From Oceanospirillaceae bacterium (lineage in GTDB: Bacteria; Pseudomonadota; Gammaproteobacteria; Pseudomonadales; Oceanobacteraceae): 24,000 nt of DNA. Shown here piece by piece: positions 1-8,847 of the stretch (position 1 is the stretch's first letter; each line of letters starts with the position of its first letter). The notes under the pieces were generated by a model. It saw only the letters and a program-made list of their open reading frames with translations, did not search any database and had not been told where the DNA came from. The stretch lies in the NCBI GenBank assembly GCA_024234265.1, contig JACKOM010000002.1:47491-71490 (forward strand), given 5' to 3'. The translations under genes and the position numbers were made by a program.

Positions 1-702
1 CGTACCTTGGTGGGTTTCCCGGTGCGCGAATGGGCCTATGGCCACCATGCGTTGGTTTGCACAGTGCAGGTCAGCGCGGGCCATCAGAACACCTGCTGGC
101 AGCGTTTTATGCCAAGCGGCCCCCTGGCATTTTTACCCGTGCCTAACAGTCAGATGTGCTCCATTGTCTGGTCATGCCCCCAGGACATGGCAGAGGAATT
201 AACAGCCCTGGCGGATGATGAATTCTGCCGCCGCCTGCAGGGCGCTATCGAACACCAGTTAGGCGAAATCACTGCCGTTGGCCCGCGTGTTGCCATCCCC
301 CTGCGCCAGCGCCATGCGATCCAATACCAGCAGGATTCTGTGGTGCTGGTGGGTGATGCCGCGCACACCATTCATCCCCTTGCCGGGCAGGGTGTGAACC
401 TCGGGCTGATGGATGCCGAATGCCTTGCACGGGTTTTACTGGAAAATGCCGCCAAAGGTCTTGCCGTCAATAACCCGCTGGCCCTGCGCCGTTATGCCCG
501 TGAACGCATGCCACAAAACCTGACCATGATGGCCGGTATGGAAGGCTTCAAACGTCTTTTTGAAAGTGACGCCCTGCCAGTGCGCTGGCTGCGCAATACA
601 GGCATGAAAAAAGTGGCCGGGCTGGGTTTTCTGAAACAGCACATTATGCAGGAAGCTATGGGCTTGCAGCGGGCGGCGGTATTACGCAAAAAAGGCGCTT
701 AG
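1..702 (+). CDS. FAD-dependent monooxygenase, UbiH/UbiF/UbiI(VisC)/Coq6 family; C-terminal part only (5' end lies off the window)
   Basis: Frame 1 is open from base 1. The translation contains VLVGDAAHTIHPLAGQGVNLGLMDA, the fingerprint of ubiquinone-ring hydroxylases. Stop TAG at 700-702. Confidence 0.8.
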   Translation, partial: RTLVGFPVREWAYGHHALVCTVQVSAGHQNTCWQRFMPSGPLAFLPVPNSQMCSIVWSCPQDMAEELTALADDEFCRRLQGAIEHQLGEITAVGPRVAIPLRQRHAIQYQQDSVVLVGDAAHTIHPLAGQGVNLGLMDAECLARVLLENAAKGLAVNNPLALRRYARERMPQNLTMMAGMEGFKRLFESDALPVRWLRNTGMKKVAGLGFLKQHIMQEAMGLQRAAVLRKKGA

Positions 703-713
703 AAAGGCGCCTT
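688..713 (-). terminator. Rho-independent terminator for the HDOD gene, embedded in the 3' end of the convergent monooxygenase CDS
   Basis: Read on the minus strand: AAGGCGC-CUUUCUAA-GCGCCUU followed by a U-run (6 U in total). It lies 27 nt downstream of the HDOD stop at 740. On the plus strand the hairpin has no U-tract. Confidence 0.6.
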
Positions 714-739
714 ATCAGTGAGTTGTTGAATACTATTTG

Positions 740-1618
740 TCAGGTCAGCCCGTAGTTATTCGGGCTGATACCTAATTCGGCGAAACTCTCTTTTAAGCTG
801 TCCAGGTCATAACTGGACAGCCCGAGATACTCCAGCACCAGATGCTGAATGCTCTCCCACTCAAAATCCTCGGCATGGTTGCCGAGAATCCGGTTGACCC
901 CACAGATGTGCTCGGAAATTTTTAAAATGGCGAGCAGGGTTTTTTGCTCGCTGTCGATGGCCTTATTGTGGGTAAACACCCGCTGCGCGTTATGGTGTTC
1001 GGCAATCACATCGCAGATCACTTTTGGCATATTCCACGACTTGGCCGTGTAATAACCCAGCACAGCGTGGTTGGTATCAAGCTGTTTGTTTTCAAAATCG
1101 ATAATGCGCTCGTAATGGCCGCTGTAAGACTCTTCCATCACCGACATGTAATTACTGAAAGGTCCCATCAGCAGCGGCACACCCGCATTGTGAAACAGGC
1201 CTAATGCATAGGCGGAATCCGGGCTGGGGTAACCTACCTGTTTGGCGATGGTGGCGGAGGTCATAGCGATATCCATGGCCGTATCCCAGAAGCGGGTCAT
1301 GGCTTTGATGGTGTCATCGCTCATGCTGCCCTTGATGCTGATGCCATTCACTATGTTGATGATGCTGTTCATGCCGAGCAGGTTAACGGCCTGTTTGACG
1401 GAGGTGATTTTGTTGCTGAGGCCATAAAACGGGCTGTTCACCACCTTCAGCACAGTACCGGCCAGGCCCACATCCTGACTGATGAGCTTGGCGATGTTGT
1501 CGATATCCGGATTCGGCATGACTTGCTCAATTTGCAGATCCACCAGAATTTGCGGCTGGGGTGGAATGCTGATGCCATGCAGTATCTTATTGATTTGCTC
1601 TGCTGATAATTCTGACAT
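740..1618 (-). CDS. Stand-alone HDOD-domain signalling protein
   Basis: 292-aa ORF. N-terminal PPQPQILVDLQ...DIDNIAKLISQDVGLAGTVLKVVNSPFYGL...VKQAVNLLGMN and the later GLFHNAG / AEHH motifs are typical of HDOD (PF08668). Confidence 0.8.
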   Translation of the reverse strand: MSELSAEQINKILHGISIPPQPQILVDLQIEQVMPNPDIDNIAKLISQDVGLAGTVLKVVNSPFYGLSNKITSVKQAVNLLGMNSIINIVNGISIKGSMSDDTIKAMTRFWDTAMDIAMTSATIAKQVGYPSPDSAYALGLFHNAGVPLLMGPFSNYMSVMEESYSGHYERIIDFENKQLDTNHAVLGYYTAKSWNMPKVICDVIAEHHNAQRVFTHNKAIDSEQKTLLAILKISEHICGVNRILGNHAEDFEWESIQHLVLEYLGLSSYDLDSLKESFAELGISPNNYGLT

Positions 1619-1734
1619 GATGACGCCAGTGGCAATTAACTTTGACAGTTTAGCCGAGAATTAGACCGGGCAAGGGGCAAATCCGATATAATCCGCTGCA
1701 CTTTCAGCCACCCTCAATAACAGTGGGCCACACC

Positions 1735-2928
1735 ATGGATTTGCCAGTTTTAACCCTCCGACCCAATGAAGAAAAACGCCTGCGTGCCGGCCATCTGTGG
1801 ATCTACAGCAATGAGGTGGATACCGATAAAACCCCGCTGAAAACCTTCACCCCCGGCCAGCAGGTGCAGGTGGTATCCAGCCAGGGTAAAAACTTCGGTG
1901 TGGCCTACGTTAACCCCAATAACCTGATCTGTGCGCGTGTGCTGTCGCGCAGCGCACGCCCGTTTGGCCGTGGTGGTATTGAGAACCGCCTAGAGGCGGC
2001 CCTGGCCCTGCGTGAAGCCTGTTTTGATAAACCTTTTTACCGTCTGGTTTACGGCGAAAGTGATCTGATGCCGGGCCTGGTGATCGACCGTTTTGGTGAT
2101 TATTTTGTGGTGCAGATTTCCAGTGCCGGTATGGAAGCCCTCAAGGATCAGATAGTCGGCGCCCTGCAGCGTATGTTTAACCCCAAGGGCATTCTGCTGA
2201 AAAACGACGGCAAAATGCGTCTCGCCGAAGGCCTCGAAGAATACGTAGCGGTTGCTTATGGCGAAGTGCCCAACGAACTGCTCTTCGAAGAAAACGGCGT
2301 GAAATTCCGTGCTCCGGTTTATGAAGGGCAAAAAACCGGCTGGTTTTACGACCATCGCCTGAATCGTGCGCGTATCTGCGAATACGTCAAAGGCAAACGG
2401 GTACTGGATGTGTGCAGTTATGTGGGGGGCTGGGGTGTGCAGGCCGCGGCCAAGGGCGCAGCCCATGTGACTTGCGTGGATGTATCGGATTTTGCCCTGC
2501 GTGAAGTGCAGGCTAACGCGGCCTTAAACGGCGTGGCGGATAAAGTCAGCACTATCCGGGGTGATGCGTTTGAAGTGATGGAGCAACTGCTCGCCGCCAA
2601 AGAAAGTTTTGACGTGGTGATACTCGACCCACCGGCATTTATCCCTAAGAAAAAGGACATAGCCGCCGGCACTAAGGCCTACGGGCGCATGAATACCCTG
2701 GGCATGAAACTGCTCGGCAAAGAGGGTTATCTGCTGTCGGGTTCCTGCTCCATGCACCTCGCGGAAAGCAGCCTGTATGACCTGCTGCGTCAGGCGGGCC
2801 GTCAGCTCGACCGCCATGTGCAGATTATCGAACGTGGTGCCCAGGGGCCGGATCATCCGGTGCATCCGGCGATTGCCGAAACCACCTATATCAAATCCCT
2901 GATTGCGCGGGTGGCGATGATTCTTTAA
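1735..2928 (+). CDS. rlmI: 23S rRNA m5C1962 methyltransferase RlmI-like (PUA domain plus class I SAM methyltransferase)
   Basis: About 397 aa, with a PUA-like N-terminus (RLRAGHLWIYSNEV). QKTGWFYDHR, VLDVCSYVGGWG (SAM-binding G-loop) and VILDPPAF (DPP motif) are present. ATG 1735 is preferred over the in-frame GTG 1723 used in the ORF track; the start is uncertain by 4 codons. Confidence 0.85.
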   Translation: MDLPVLTLRPNEEKRLRAGHLWIYSNEVDTDKTPLKTFTPGQQVQVVSSQGKNFGVAYVNPNNLICARVLSRSARPFGRGGIENRLEAALALREACFDKPFYRLVYGESDLMPGLVIDRFGDYFVVQISSAGMEALKDQIVGALQRMFNPKGILLKNDGKMRLAEGLEEYVAVAYGEVPNELLFEENGVKFRAPVYEGQKTGWFYDHRLNRARICEYVKGKRVLDVCSYVGGWGVQAAAKGAAHVTCVDVSDFALREVQANAALNGVADKVSTIRGDAFEVMEQLLAAKESFDVVILDPPAFIPKKKDIAAGTKAYGRMNTLGMKLLGKEGYLLSGSCSMHLAESSLYDLLRQAGRQLDRHVQIIERGAQGPDHPVHPAIAETTYIKSLIARVAMIL

Positions 2929-2963
2929 GGAATCAGGCATCAGAGCAAAATAAAAAACGCTTT

Positions 2964-3161
2964 GGAGGCTTTGTAAAAACGTTAGCGAGGCAGTCAGAAC
3001 AAGGCAGCCGAAGCGAAGCGGAGACAACAACCTTCCGGTTGGCCCGCTTGCGGGCTTCAGTAAAAACAAACGAAAAAGCGCAGTTTATACATGATAAATG
3101 AGCATTTTGAGTTTGTTTTTAACGAAGTTATGGCAACGCAGATAGTTTTTACGCAGTCTCC
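2964..3161. repeat. Nested inverted-repeat element in the 264-bp gap between convergent rlmI and the imelysin-like gene
   Basis: Outer arms: GGAGGCTTTGTAAAAAC (2964-2980) versus GTTTTTACGCAGTCTCC (3145-3161), 14/17 complementary. Inner arms: CTTCAGTAAAAACAAAC (3055-3071) versus GTTTGTTTTTAACGAAG (3111-3127), 15/17. GCCCG-CTTG-CGGGC tetraloop hairpin at 3042-3055. GTAAAAAC/GTTTTTAC octamer at 2973, 3060 and 3145, plus the variant GTTTTTAA at 3115. Confidence 0.55.
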
Positions 3162-3192
3162 ATTGCAGGTGTTTTTTATGGGGTGCAATTCC

Positions 3193-4452
3193 TCAGTGGG
3201 TGCTGACCGGCAGGGCCTGCACCGGAATATCCAGTAACACTGCGCCGTTGTAGAGCTGTTCCAGCAGCTGCACTAACTGGTCTTCCACGGGTTTGAATTT
3301 CGCCTGACGTACCGGCAGGTTCTTCTTCAGGGTGTCTGCGGGCAGTTTGTTGAGATCATTGATGATGTCGCCAAACAGGTTATTAATGTTCTGCGCCAGG
3401 GCCGGGTCCTGCTGGCTGATGGCATAGTTAAAACTCAGCTGGCCCTCACCCTGGTTGCCCAGCCACAGCTGGTGCAAACCTTCGAGCTGGGAGCGCATAT
3501 CCGCGATGCTGCTGCCGGCAAAACCACTGTGCAGGGTTTCGAGCGGATCTTCGCTGACAATGGCACGGATCTGACGGTCGAGCAGCTGTTTTTGCACCAC
3601 AAACATCATCGACTGATACAGGCGGTTGATGGAGCTGTTCTGGCGGTTTTCCTGTAATTGCAGGGCGTAATAACCTTTGCTGGGTTCCCAGCGTTGTTGC
3701 ATGGTGCGCAGGGTTTTGACCATATGGCCGGCGAGTATTTTCAGGTATTCGCGGCGGCGGTTATGGTTCTGCGGCTCCTGCGGGGATGATTCGCTGGTTT
3801 CGGCTAATGGTGCTTCTGCGCTGTGTTCTGACTCATCGTGGGCATCGCTGTTGATCAGCTCAACCTTGTTGTCCTGGGGAATAAAGTCCCGCGCTGAGCG
3901 TTTGCCATCGGGGCCAAACAGTAAAAACTCCATGGGGTGAAAACCCAGGCTGGCAAAACTTTCATTGCTGAAACCGTGCTGGCCGATCAGGGTAGTTTCG
4001 TTAATTTTCAGGGTCAGGTCGTTGATGATGCCGCTTAACGGGTAACCCGGCAGGTAATCTATGTAACCCCCTTCAATCGGCCATACTTCCAGGCCCCAGT
4101 GCAGGCTTTTTACGCTGCTCTGGCTTTCTTCAAATTCGGGTTTTTCATCCTTGGGAATCAGGCGGTAAAAACCGCTGCGCACATAGGCCTGGTGGGTTTT
4201 GAGCCAGGCCTGCTGGCATTCTTCCAGTGACAGGGGGTTAGGGTGGTGCAGAAAGCCGGTAATTACACTTTCCAGGTTTTCGGCCTGGTTAAGGGCTTCG
4301 CTTAAACCCTGATAGGCGTTGAGATTAGCGCTGCTGATAATTTCAGCGCTGGGCAAATTGTATTTTACCTTGGGGGCCGCAGCCTCTTGTGGCTCAGGGT
4401 CATCACAGGCCGCCAGTAACAGTGCGCACCCGGCAATCAGCAGTTGTTTCAT
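3193..4452 (-). CDS. Imelysin-like (peptidase M75 / IrpA / EfeM-like) lipoprotein
   Basis: Lipobox MKQLLIAGCALLLAAC-DD. GFHPMEFLLFG matches the imelysin GxHxxE motif. Size is about 419 aa. The start lies 1 nt after the stop of the upstream HAD gene, with a GGGG SD 6 nt upstream. Confidence 0.6.
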   Translation of the reverse strand: MKQLLIAGCALLLAACDDPEPQEAAAPKVKYNLPSAEIISSANLNAYQGLSEALNQAENLESVITGFLHHPNPLSLEECQQAWLKTHQAYVRSGFYRLIPKDEKPEFEESQSSVKSLHWGLEVWPIEGGYIDYLPGYPLSGIINDLTLKINETTLIGQHGFSNESFASLGFHPMEFLLFGPDGKRSARDFIPQDNKVELINSDAHDESEHSAEAPLAETSESSPQEPQNHNRRREYLKILAGHMVKTLRTMQQRWEPSKGYYALQLQENRQNSSINRLYQSMMFVVQKQLLDRQIRAIVSEDPLETLHSGFAGSSIADMRSQLEGLHQLWLGNQGEGQLSFNYAISQQDPALAQNINNLFGDIINDLNKLPADTLKKNLPVRQAKFKPVEDQLVQLLEQLYNGAVLLDIPVQALPVSTH

Positions 4453-4453
4453 A

Positions 4454-5140
4454 TCAGCCCCGTAAACTCATCACTGGCCAGCCCGCCTGTTGTGCGTGGG
4501 CGAGCAGGGTTGGGTCCGGATCAACGGCAACCGGGTAAGTCACTTCCGCCAGCAAAGGTAAATCATTGTGGGAGTCACTGTAAAAATAACTGCCGTCGAG
4601 AGCATGGCCCGTTTCCGCCAACCAGTTGTGCAGACGTACTACTTTGCCTTCTTTATAACTCGGCACCCCGGCGATTTTGCCCGTGTACTGGCCGTTAATT
4701 TGCTCTGGTTCGGTGGCGATGATGTGGTCCACACCCAGCTCGGCGGCAATCGGTTCAGTCACAAATAAGTTGGTGGCGGTGATAATTAACAGGTAATCAC
4801 CGGCGGCGCGGTGTTTGGCAAGCAGCTCGCGGCTTTTTGGGGTGATGAGGGGCAGAATTTTTTCCGCCACAAAACGTTTGCGCAGGGCAAAAAGTTCTTC
4901 ACGGGGGAATGTGGTGAGGGGCTGCAGGGCGAACTCAAGGTATTCCATGATATTGAGTTTACCGAGCTGGTATTGCTGGTAGTAGTAGTCGTTTTTCTCT
5001 TTGAATAATCCGGCATCCACTAGATTTTCTTCCACCAGAAATTGCCCCCAGGCATGGTCACTGTCGCCGGCAATAAGAGTGTTGTCTAAATCGAAAATTG
5101 CCAGTGCCACAGCGTAACCCCTTGAAAATGAAAGCGGCAT
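4454..5140 (-). CDS. HAD-superfamily subfamily IB hydrolase (SerB-like phosphatase family)
   Basis: The HAD motifs are present: FDLDNTL (DxDxT), LIITATN, K..GKVVRL and YSDSHNDLPLL. It is divergent from rppH-ptsP, an arrangement I recall from pseudomonads. Confidence 0.8.
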   Translation of the reverse strand: MPLSFSRGYAVALAIFDLDNTLIAGDSDHAWGQFLVEENLVDAGLFKEKNDYYYQQYQLGKLNIMEYLEFALQPLTTFPREELFALRKRFVAEKILPLITPKSRELLAKHRAAGDYLLIITATNLFVTEPIAAELGVDHIIATEPEQINGQYTGKIAGVPSYKEGKVVRLHNWLAETGHALDGSYFYSDSHNDLPLLAEVTYPVAVDPDPTLLAHAQQAGWPVMSLRG

Positions 5141-5355
5141 TTTAGCGGTTGCGCTTTTTGCTGTCTTTATTAAAGTGCGATAACCATGTTTACTGCATGA
5201 TAATCACAGGTACAGCGCCTGGCGGGCCGCAGGGAATTGGAAATTCACGTAATGCTCCGCCAGATTGTTCAGATAACACTTTGAATCTGGCGTCTTTGCT
5301 TTGTCTGCACCGAATATTATGGAACAATGGCCCCCTCAGGCTGGGAACGAATACA

Positions 5356-5844
5356 GTGATCGACGCAGATGGCTACAGGCCAAACGTAGGCATAATCCTC
5401 ACGAATAAAGATGGTCAGGTTTTCTGGGCTAAACGTGTGGGGCAGGATGCCTGGCAATTTCCCCAGGGTGGGATTAAATCGCAGGAAAGTGCCGAAGCGG
5501 CGCTGTTCCGTGAGCTGAAAGAAGAAGTCGGCCTTGAGCCAAAAGATGTTGAGATTATGGCGTGCACCCGCGGCTGGCTGCGTTATCGCTTGCCCAAACG
5601 AATGGTGCGTTATAACACCCACCCTGTGTGTGTGGGGCAGAAACAAAAGTGGTTTTTGTTGCGCCTGAAGGGCAATGAAAACCGTATCCGCTTTGATTGT
5701 TCCGAAAAACCAGAATTTGATGGCTGGCGCTGGGTGAGTTACTGGTATCCCCTTGGCCAGGTAGTACCCTTTAAACGGGATGTATACCGCCGTGCGATGC
5801 GCGAGCTTGCCCCCCGTTTGTTTCCAACCCAGGAATCCCGTTAG
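5356..5844 (+). CDS. rppH: RNA pyrophosphohydrolase RppH (NudH), Nudix family
   Basis: From GTG 5356 the product begins (M)[14 protein letters not shown], the canonical RppH N-terminus. Nudix box [23 protein letters not shown]. 162 aa. The upstream in-frame extension listed in the ORF track (5149) has no conserved features. Confidence 0.9.
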   Translation: MIDADGYRPNVGIILTNKDGQVFWAKRVGQDAWQFPQGGIKSQESAEAALFRELKEEVGLEPKDVEIMACTRGWLRYRLPKRMVRYNTHPVCVGQKQKWFLLRLKGNENRIRFDCSEKPEFDGWRWVSYWYPLGQVVPFKRDVYRRAMRELAPRLFPTQESR

Positions 5845-5850
5845 GTTTAT

Positions 5851-8130
5851 ATGCTGACCACCCTGAAAAGAATCGTACAAGAGGTAAACAGTGCCGCCGA
5901 TCTGGGCTCGGCGCTGACGATTCTGGTTTCCCGGGTGCAGGCAGCCATGGGCACGGAAGTGTGCTCCATTTACCTGTTTAACCCTGAGTCACGCCGTTAT
6001 GTACTGATGGCCACCAAAGGCCTGAATGCCGAAGCGGTTGGCCGTGTCAGCCTCGCCCCCAACGAGGGTGTGGTGGGCCTGGTGGCGCAGCGCGAAGAGC
6101 CCATCAACCTTGATGATGCTTCCTCCCACCCGCGTTATTTGTATCTCTCGGAAACCGGTGAAGAGGTTTATAACTCCTTTTTAGGTGTGCCGATTATTCA
6201 CCACCGCCGCATCCTCGGTGTCCTCGTGGTGCAGCAGCGCGCCAAACGTAAATTTGATGAAAGTGAAGAAGCTTTCATGGTGACCATGTCCGCCCAGCTC
6301 GCTGCGGTGCTGGCCCATGCGGAAGCCTCAGGCCAGGTACTGGGGTTTGACCAGACCAGCCAGAGCAATACCAAACCTGCGCGTGATGTGCTGGTGCCCG
6401 GCGTGCCCGGCTCCCCCGGGGTGGCGATTGGTAAAGTGGTGGTTATCAGCCATAAAGCCGACCTCTACGGTGTGCCGGATAAAACCATCAAGGACAGCGC
6501 CGAAGAAGTGCGCCGTTTCCAGGCGGCGATTGATGGCGCGCGCAGCCAGATCCGCAAAGTGGGTGAAGCCCTGGCCGATCTGCGCCCCGAAGAGCGCGCC
6601 CTGTTTGATGTGTATATCCGCATGCTGGATGACGATGCACTGGGCAACGAAGTTATCCGCCGCATTGAGGAACACAAACAATGGGCACAGGGTGCCCTGC
6701 GGGATGTGATTCTGGGTTACGTTGCGCACTTTGAACGTATGGATGATGCCTACCTGCGTGAGCGCGCCACGGATATCAAAGATTTAGGTGCACGGGTGCT
6801 GGCCCAGCTGCAGGAAAGTGTTGAGCTGGCCCCTGAATTTCCGGAAAACACCATTCTGGTGAGTGATGAACTCACCCCGGCCATGCTCGGTGAAGTGCCG
6901 GAAAGTAAATTAAAAGGCCTGGTGTCCGTGAAGGGCTCCGCCAACTCCCACGTGGCTATTCTGGCCCGCGCCATGGGTATTCCCGCGGTGATGGGTGCAA
7001 TCGATTTACCGGTAAAACAGCTCGACGGCCTGCAAATGGTGGTCGATGGTTACCGCGGGCGTTTATTCACCCATCCTTCCAAACGTCTGCGCACCCAGTT
7101 CCAGGCGATAGTGGAAGAAGAAAAAGCCTTTGTGAAAGGCTTCGAAGCCCTCAAGGATTTACCTGCACAAACCACCGACGGGCACCGTATCCGCCTGATG
7201 GTAAACACGGGTCTGATTACAGACGCTGTGCGCTCCAAAGACCGTGGTGCGGAAGGTGTGGGCCTGTACCGCACCGAAATTCCCTTCATGATGGGGGAGC
7301 GTTTCCCTTCGGAAACCGAGCAGGCCAATATCTACCGCCAGCAGCTCGAAACCTTTGCCCCGAATCCGGTGACCATGCGTACCCTGGATATCGGCGGGGA
7401 TAAATCCTTGCCCTATTTCCCCATCGAAGAAGAAAACCCCTTCCTCGGCTGGCGTGGTATCCGCGTGACCCTCGATCACCCGGAAATTTTCCTGCTGCAG
7501 GTGCGTGCCATGCTCAAGGCGAGCATTGGTCTGAATAACCTGCAGATAATGCTGCCCATGATTACCACCATTTCCGAAGTGGAGGAGGCCCAGCACCTGA
7601 TTTACCGGGCCTATCAGGAAGTGCGCAACGATGGTTTTGATGTGCAGATGCCGAAAATCGGCGTGATGATTGAAGTCCCTGCGGCGGTTTACCTGGCGCG
7701 CCAGCTGGCGCAGATGGTGGATTTCCTGTCGGTGGGCAGTAACGACCTGACCCAATATCTACTGGCGGTTGACCGTAACAACCCGCGGGTGGCTGATTTG
7801 TATGATGCTTTCCACCCGGCGGTATTAAACGCCCTGCAGCGCATCGTGAATGATGGCCACCAGGAAGGTAAACCCGTCAGTGTGTGCGGTGAGATGGCCA
7901 GTCACCCCAGCGGTGCTTTGCTGCTCATGGCGATGGGCTTTGACAGTTTATCGATGAACGCGACTAACCTGCCGCGGGTGAAATCCGTGTTGCGGGCGAT
8001 TGATATGCCCTGGGCAAAAGCCTTGCTGGAAGAGGTGATGGGCATTGATAACCCGCAGATCATTGCGAGTATGGTCGAGCTGGCCCTGGAACGCAGGGGT
8101 ATGGGGCGCTTTATCCGCCCTGGCAGTTAA
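5851..8130 (+). CDS. ptsP: Phosphoenolpyruvate-protein phosphotransferase PtsP (EI-Ntr) with N-terminal GAF domain
   Basis: 759 aa. N-terminus MLTTLKRIVQEVNSA. GAF region followed by Enzyme I motifs (GSANSHVAILARAMGIPAV with the phospho-His, GLYRTEIPFM, SVGSNDLTQY). Lies immediately downstream of rppH, as in E. coli. Confidence 0.92.
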   Translation: MLTTLKRIVQEVNSAADLGSALTILVSRVQAAMGTEVCSIYLFNPESRRYVLMATKGLNAEAVGRVSLAPNEGVVGLVAQREEPINLDDASSHPRYLYLSETGEEVYNSFLGVPIIHHRRILGVLVVQQRAKRKFDESEEAFMVTMSAQLAAVLAHAEASGQVLGFDQTSQSNTKPARDVLVPGVPGSPGVAIGKVVVISHKADLYGVPDKTIKDSAEEVRRFQAAIDGARSQIRKVGEALADLRPEERALFDVYIRMLDDDALGNEVIRRIEEHKQWAQGALRDVILGYVAHFERMDDAYLRERATDIKDLGARVLAQLQESVELAPEFPENTILVSDELTPAMLGEVPESKLKGLVSVKGSANSHVAILARAMGIPAVMGAIDLPVKQLDGLQMVVDGYRGRLFTHPSKRLRTQFQAIVEEEKAFVKGFEALKDLPAQTTDGHRIRLMVNTGLITDAVRSKDRGAEGVGLYRTEIPFMMGERFPSETEQANIYRQQLETFAPNPVTMRTLDIGGDKSLPYFPIEEENPFLGWRGIRVTLDHPEIFLLQVRAMLKASIGLNNLQIMLPMITTISEVEEAQHLIYRAYQEVRNDGFDVQMPKIGVMIEVPAAVYLARQLAQMVDFLSVGSNDLTQYLLAVDRNNPRVADLYDAFHPAVLNALQRIVNDGHQEGKPVSVCGEMASHPSGALLLMAMGFDSLSMNATNLPRVKSVLRAIDMPWAKALLEEVMGIDNPQIIASMVELALERRGMGRFIRPGS

Positions 8131-8681
8131 ACCCGCCAGTGACGTGGGCTGCCCACGTCCATATGTAAAAAACCACTCTGGTAATACCCCACCCCACCAC
8201 GGCCAGAGGCCAGCACGGCTTTATGCACATGGCCCAGATGTAAACCCGGAATACGGAAATCCATGGCTTTGCCGCTCATGTGCAGGCTGTGTTCCGCCAC
8301 ACCTGAACTTTCATGACGCAGTGTTTTATTGGTTGCCGGGCTGCGGTAACCGGAAATCAGGCTGATTTCACGCTGGGTTTCGAGGCGCTGGGTAACCTGA
8401 TAGAGGCGGTCGAGCAGGCGTAAATCAATCGGTGCAACTTCATTGCGGCGGTGGTCGCGCATCAGGGTGAAGACTTCCGACAGGCCATCCACCAGATACT
8501 GGCCGTTTTCCCAGTAGGTCACATTGGCGCGCTCGCCAGTGTGAATGTTGAGCAGCTTAAGATGACGGGCAGGGGCCTGTGGCACGGACATTTCAGCGGC
8601 GTGCACCAGGGTTTGTGGCAACAACAGACCAGAAGTACAGGCGCCTGCAATCTGCAGAAACTGGCGTCGGTTTACTTCCAT
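8127..8681 (-). CDS. mepK: YcbK/MepK-like Tat-exported peptidase M15A (DUF882) peptidoglycan endopeptidase
   Basis: Tat signal MEVNRRQFLQIAGA...VHA. SGYRSPATN...HSLHMSGKAMDFRIPG...GVGYY...FLHMD are the Zn-ligand motifs of DUF882. ATG 8681 is preceded by GGGGAGA at ideal spacing, so the TTG 8693 used in the track is rejected. Adjacent to ldtD, as ycbK is to ycbB in E. coli. Confidence 0.85.
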   Translation of the reverse strand: MEVNRRQFLQIAGACTSGLLLPQTLVHAAEMSVPQAPARHLKLLNIHTGERANVTYWENGQYLVDGLSEVFTLMRDHRRNEVAPIDLRLLDRLYQVTQRLETQREISLISGYRSPATNKTLRHESSGVAEHSLHMSGKAMDFRIPGLHLGHVHKAVLASGRGGVGYYQSGFLHMDVGSPRHWRV

Positions 8682-8847
8682 AGATCTCCCCAAAAAATAA
8701 AACTGGTCAAATAATAAGCAATTTTGGTTTTTATAAATGTGAGCCCGGTTCAGAACTGGGCAGAATTTGAGCGGCGGCGATTATGTCACCGGGGGAAAGT
8801 TATAAGCAAACGGGGTTTTTATGCAGCCTGACGGGTGTCAGGTGACT

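Noticed and set aside
1990-3069. Long antisense ORFs opposite rlmI (1990..2466 -, 2418..2672 -, 2524..3069 -). Similar shadows lie opposite rppH/ptsP (5317..5880 -, 7159..7755 -) and ilvD (21677..22129 +).
   Set aside because: They are typical stop-poor shadow frames of moderately GC-rich genes, with no motifs and no SD-start context. In every case the opposite strand carries a confidently identified gene.
3091-3237. 48-codon ORF (MINEHFEFVFNEVMATQIVF...) inside the structured rlmI/imelysin gap.
   Set aside because: It has no SD. It spans the inverted-repeat arms and runs into the 3' end of the imelysin-like gene on the other strand, so it is most likely fortuitous.
5149-5355. 69-codon N-terminal extension of rppH.
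   Set aside because: The canonical RppH N-terminus (M)[11 protein letters not shown] starts at GTG 5356. The extension would make the protein far longer than the family norm and has no conserved features.
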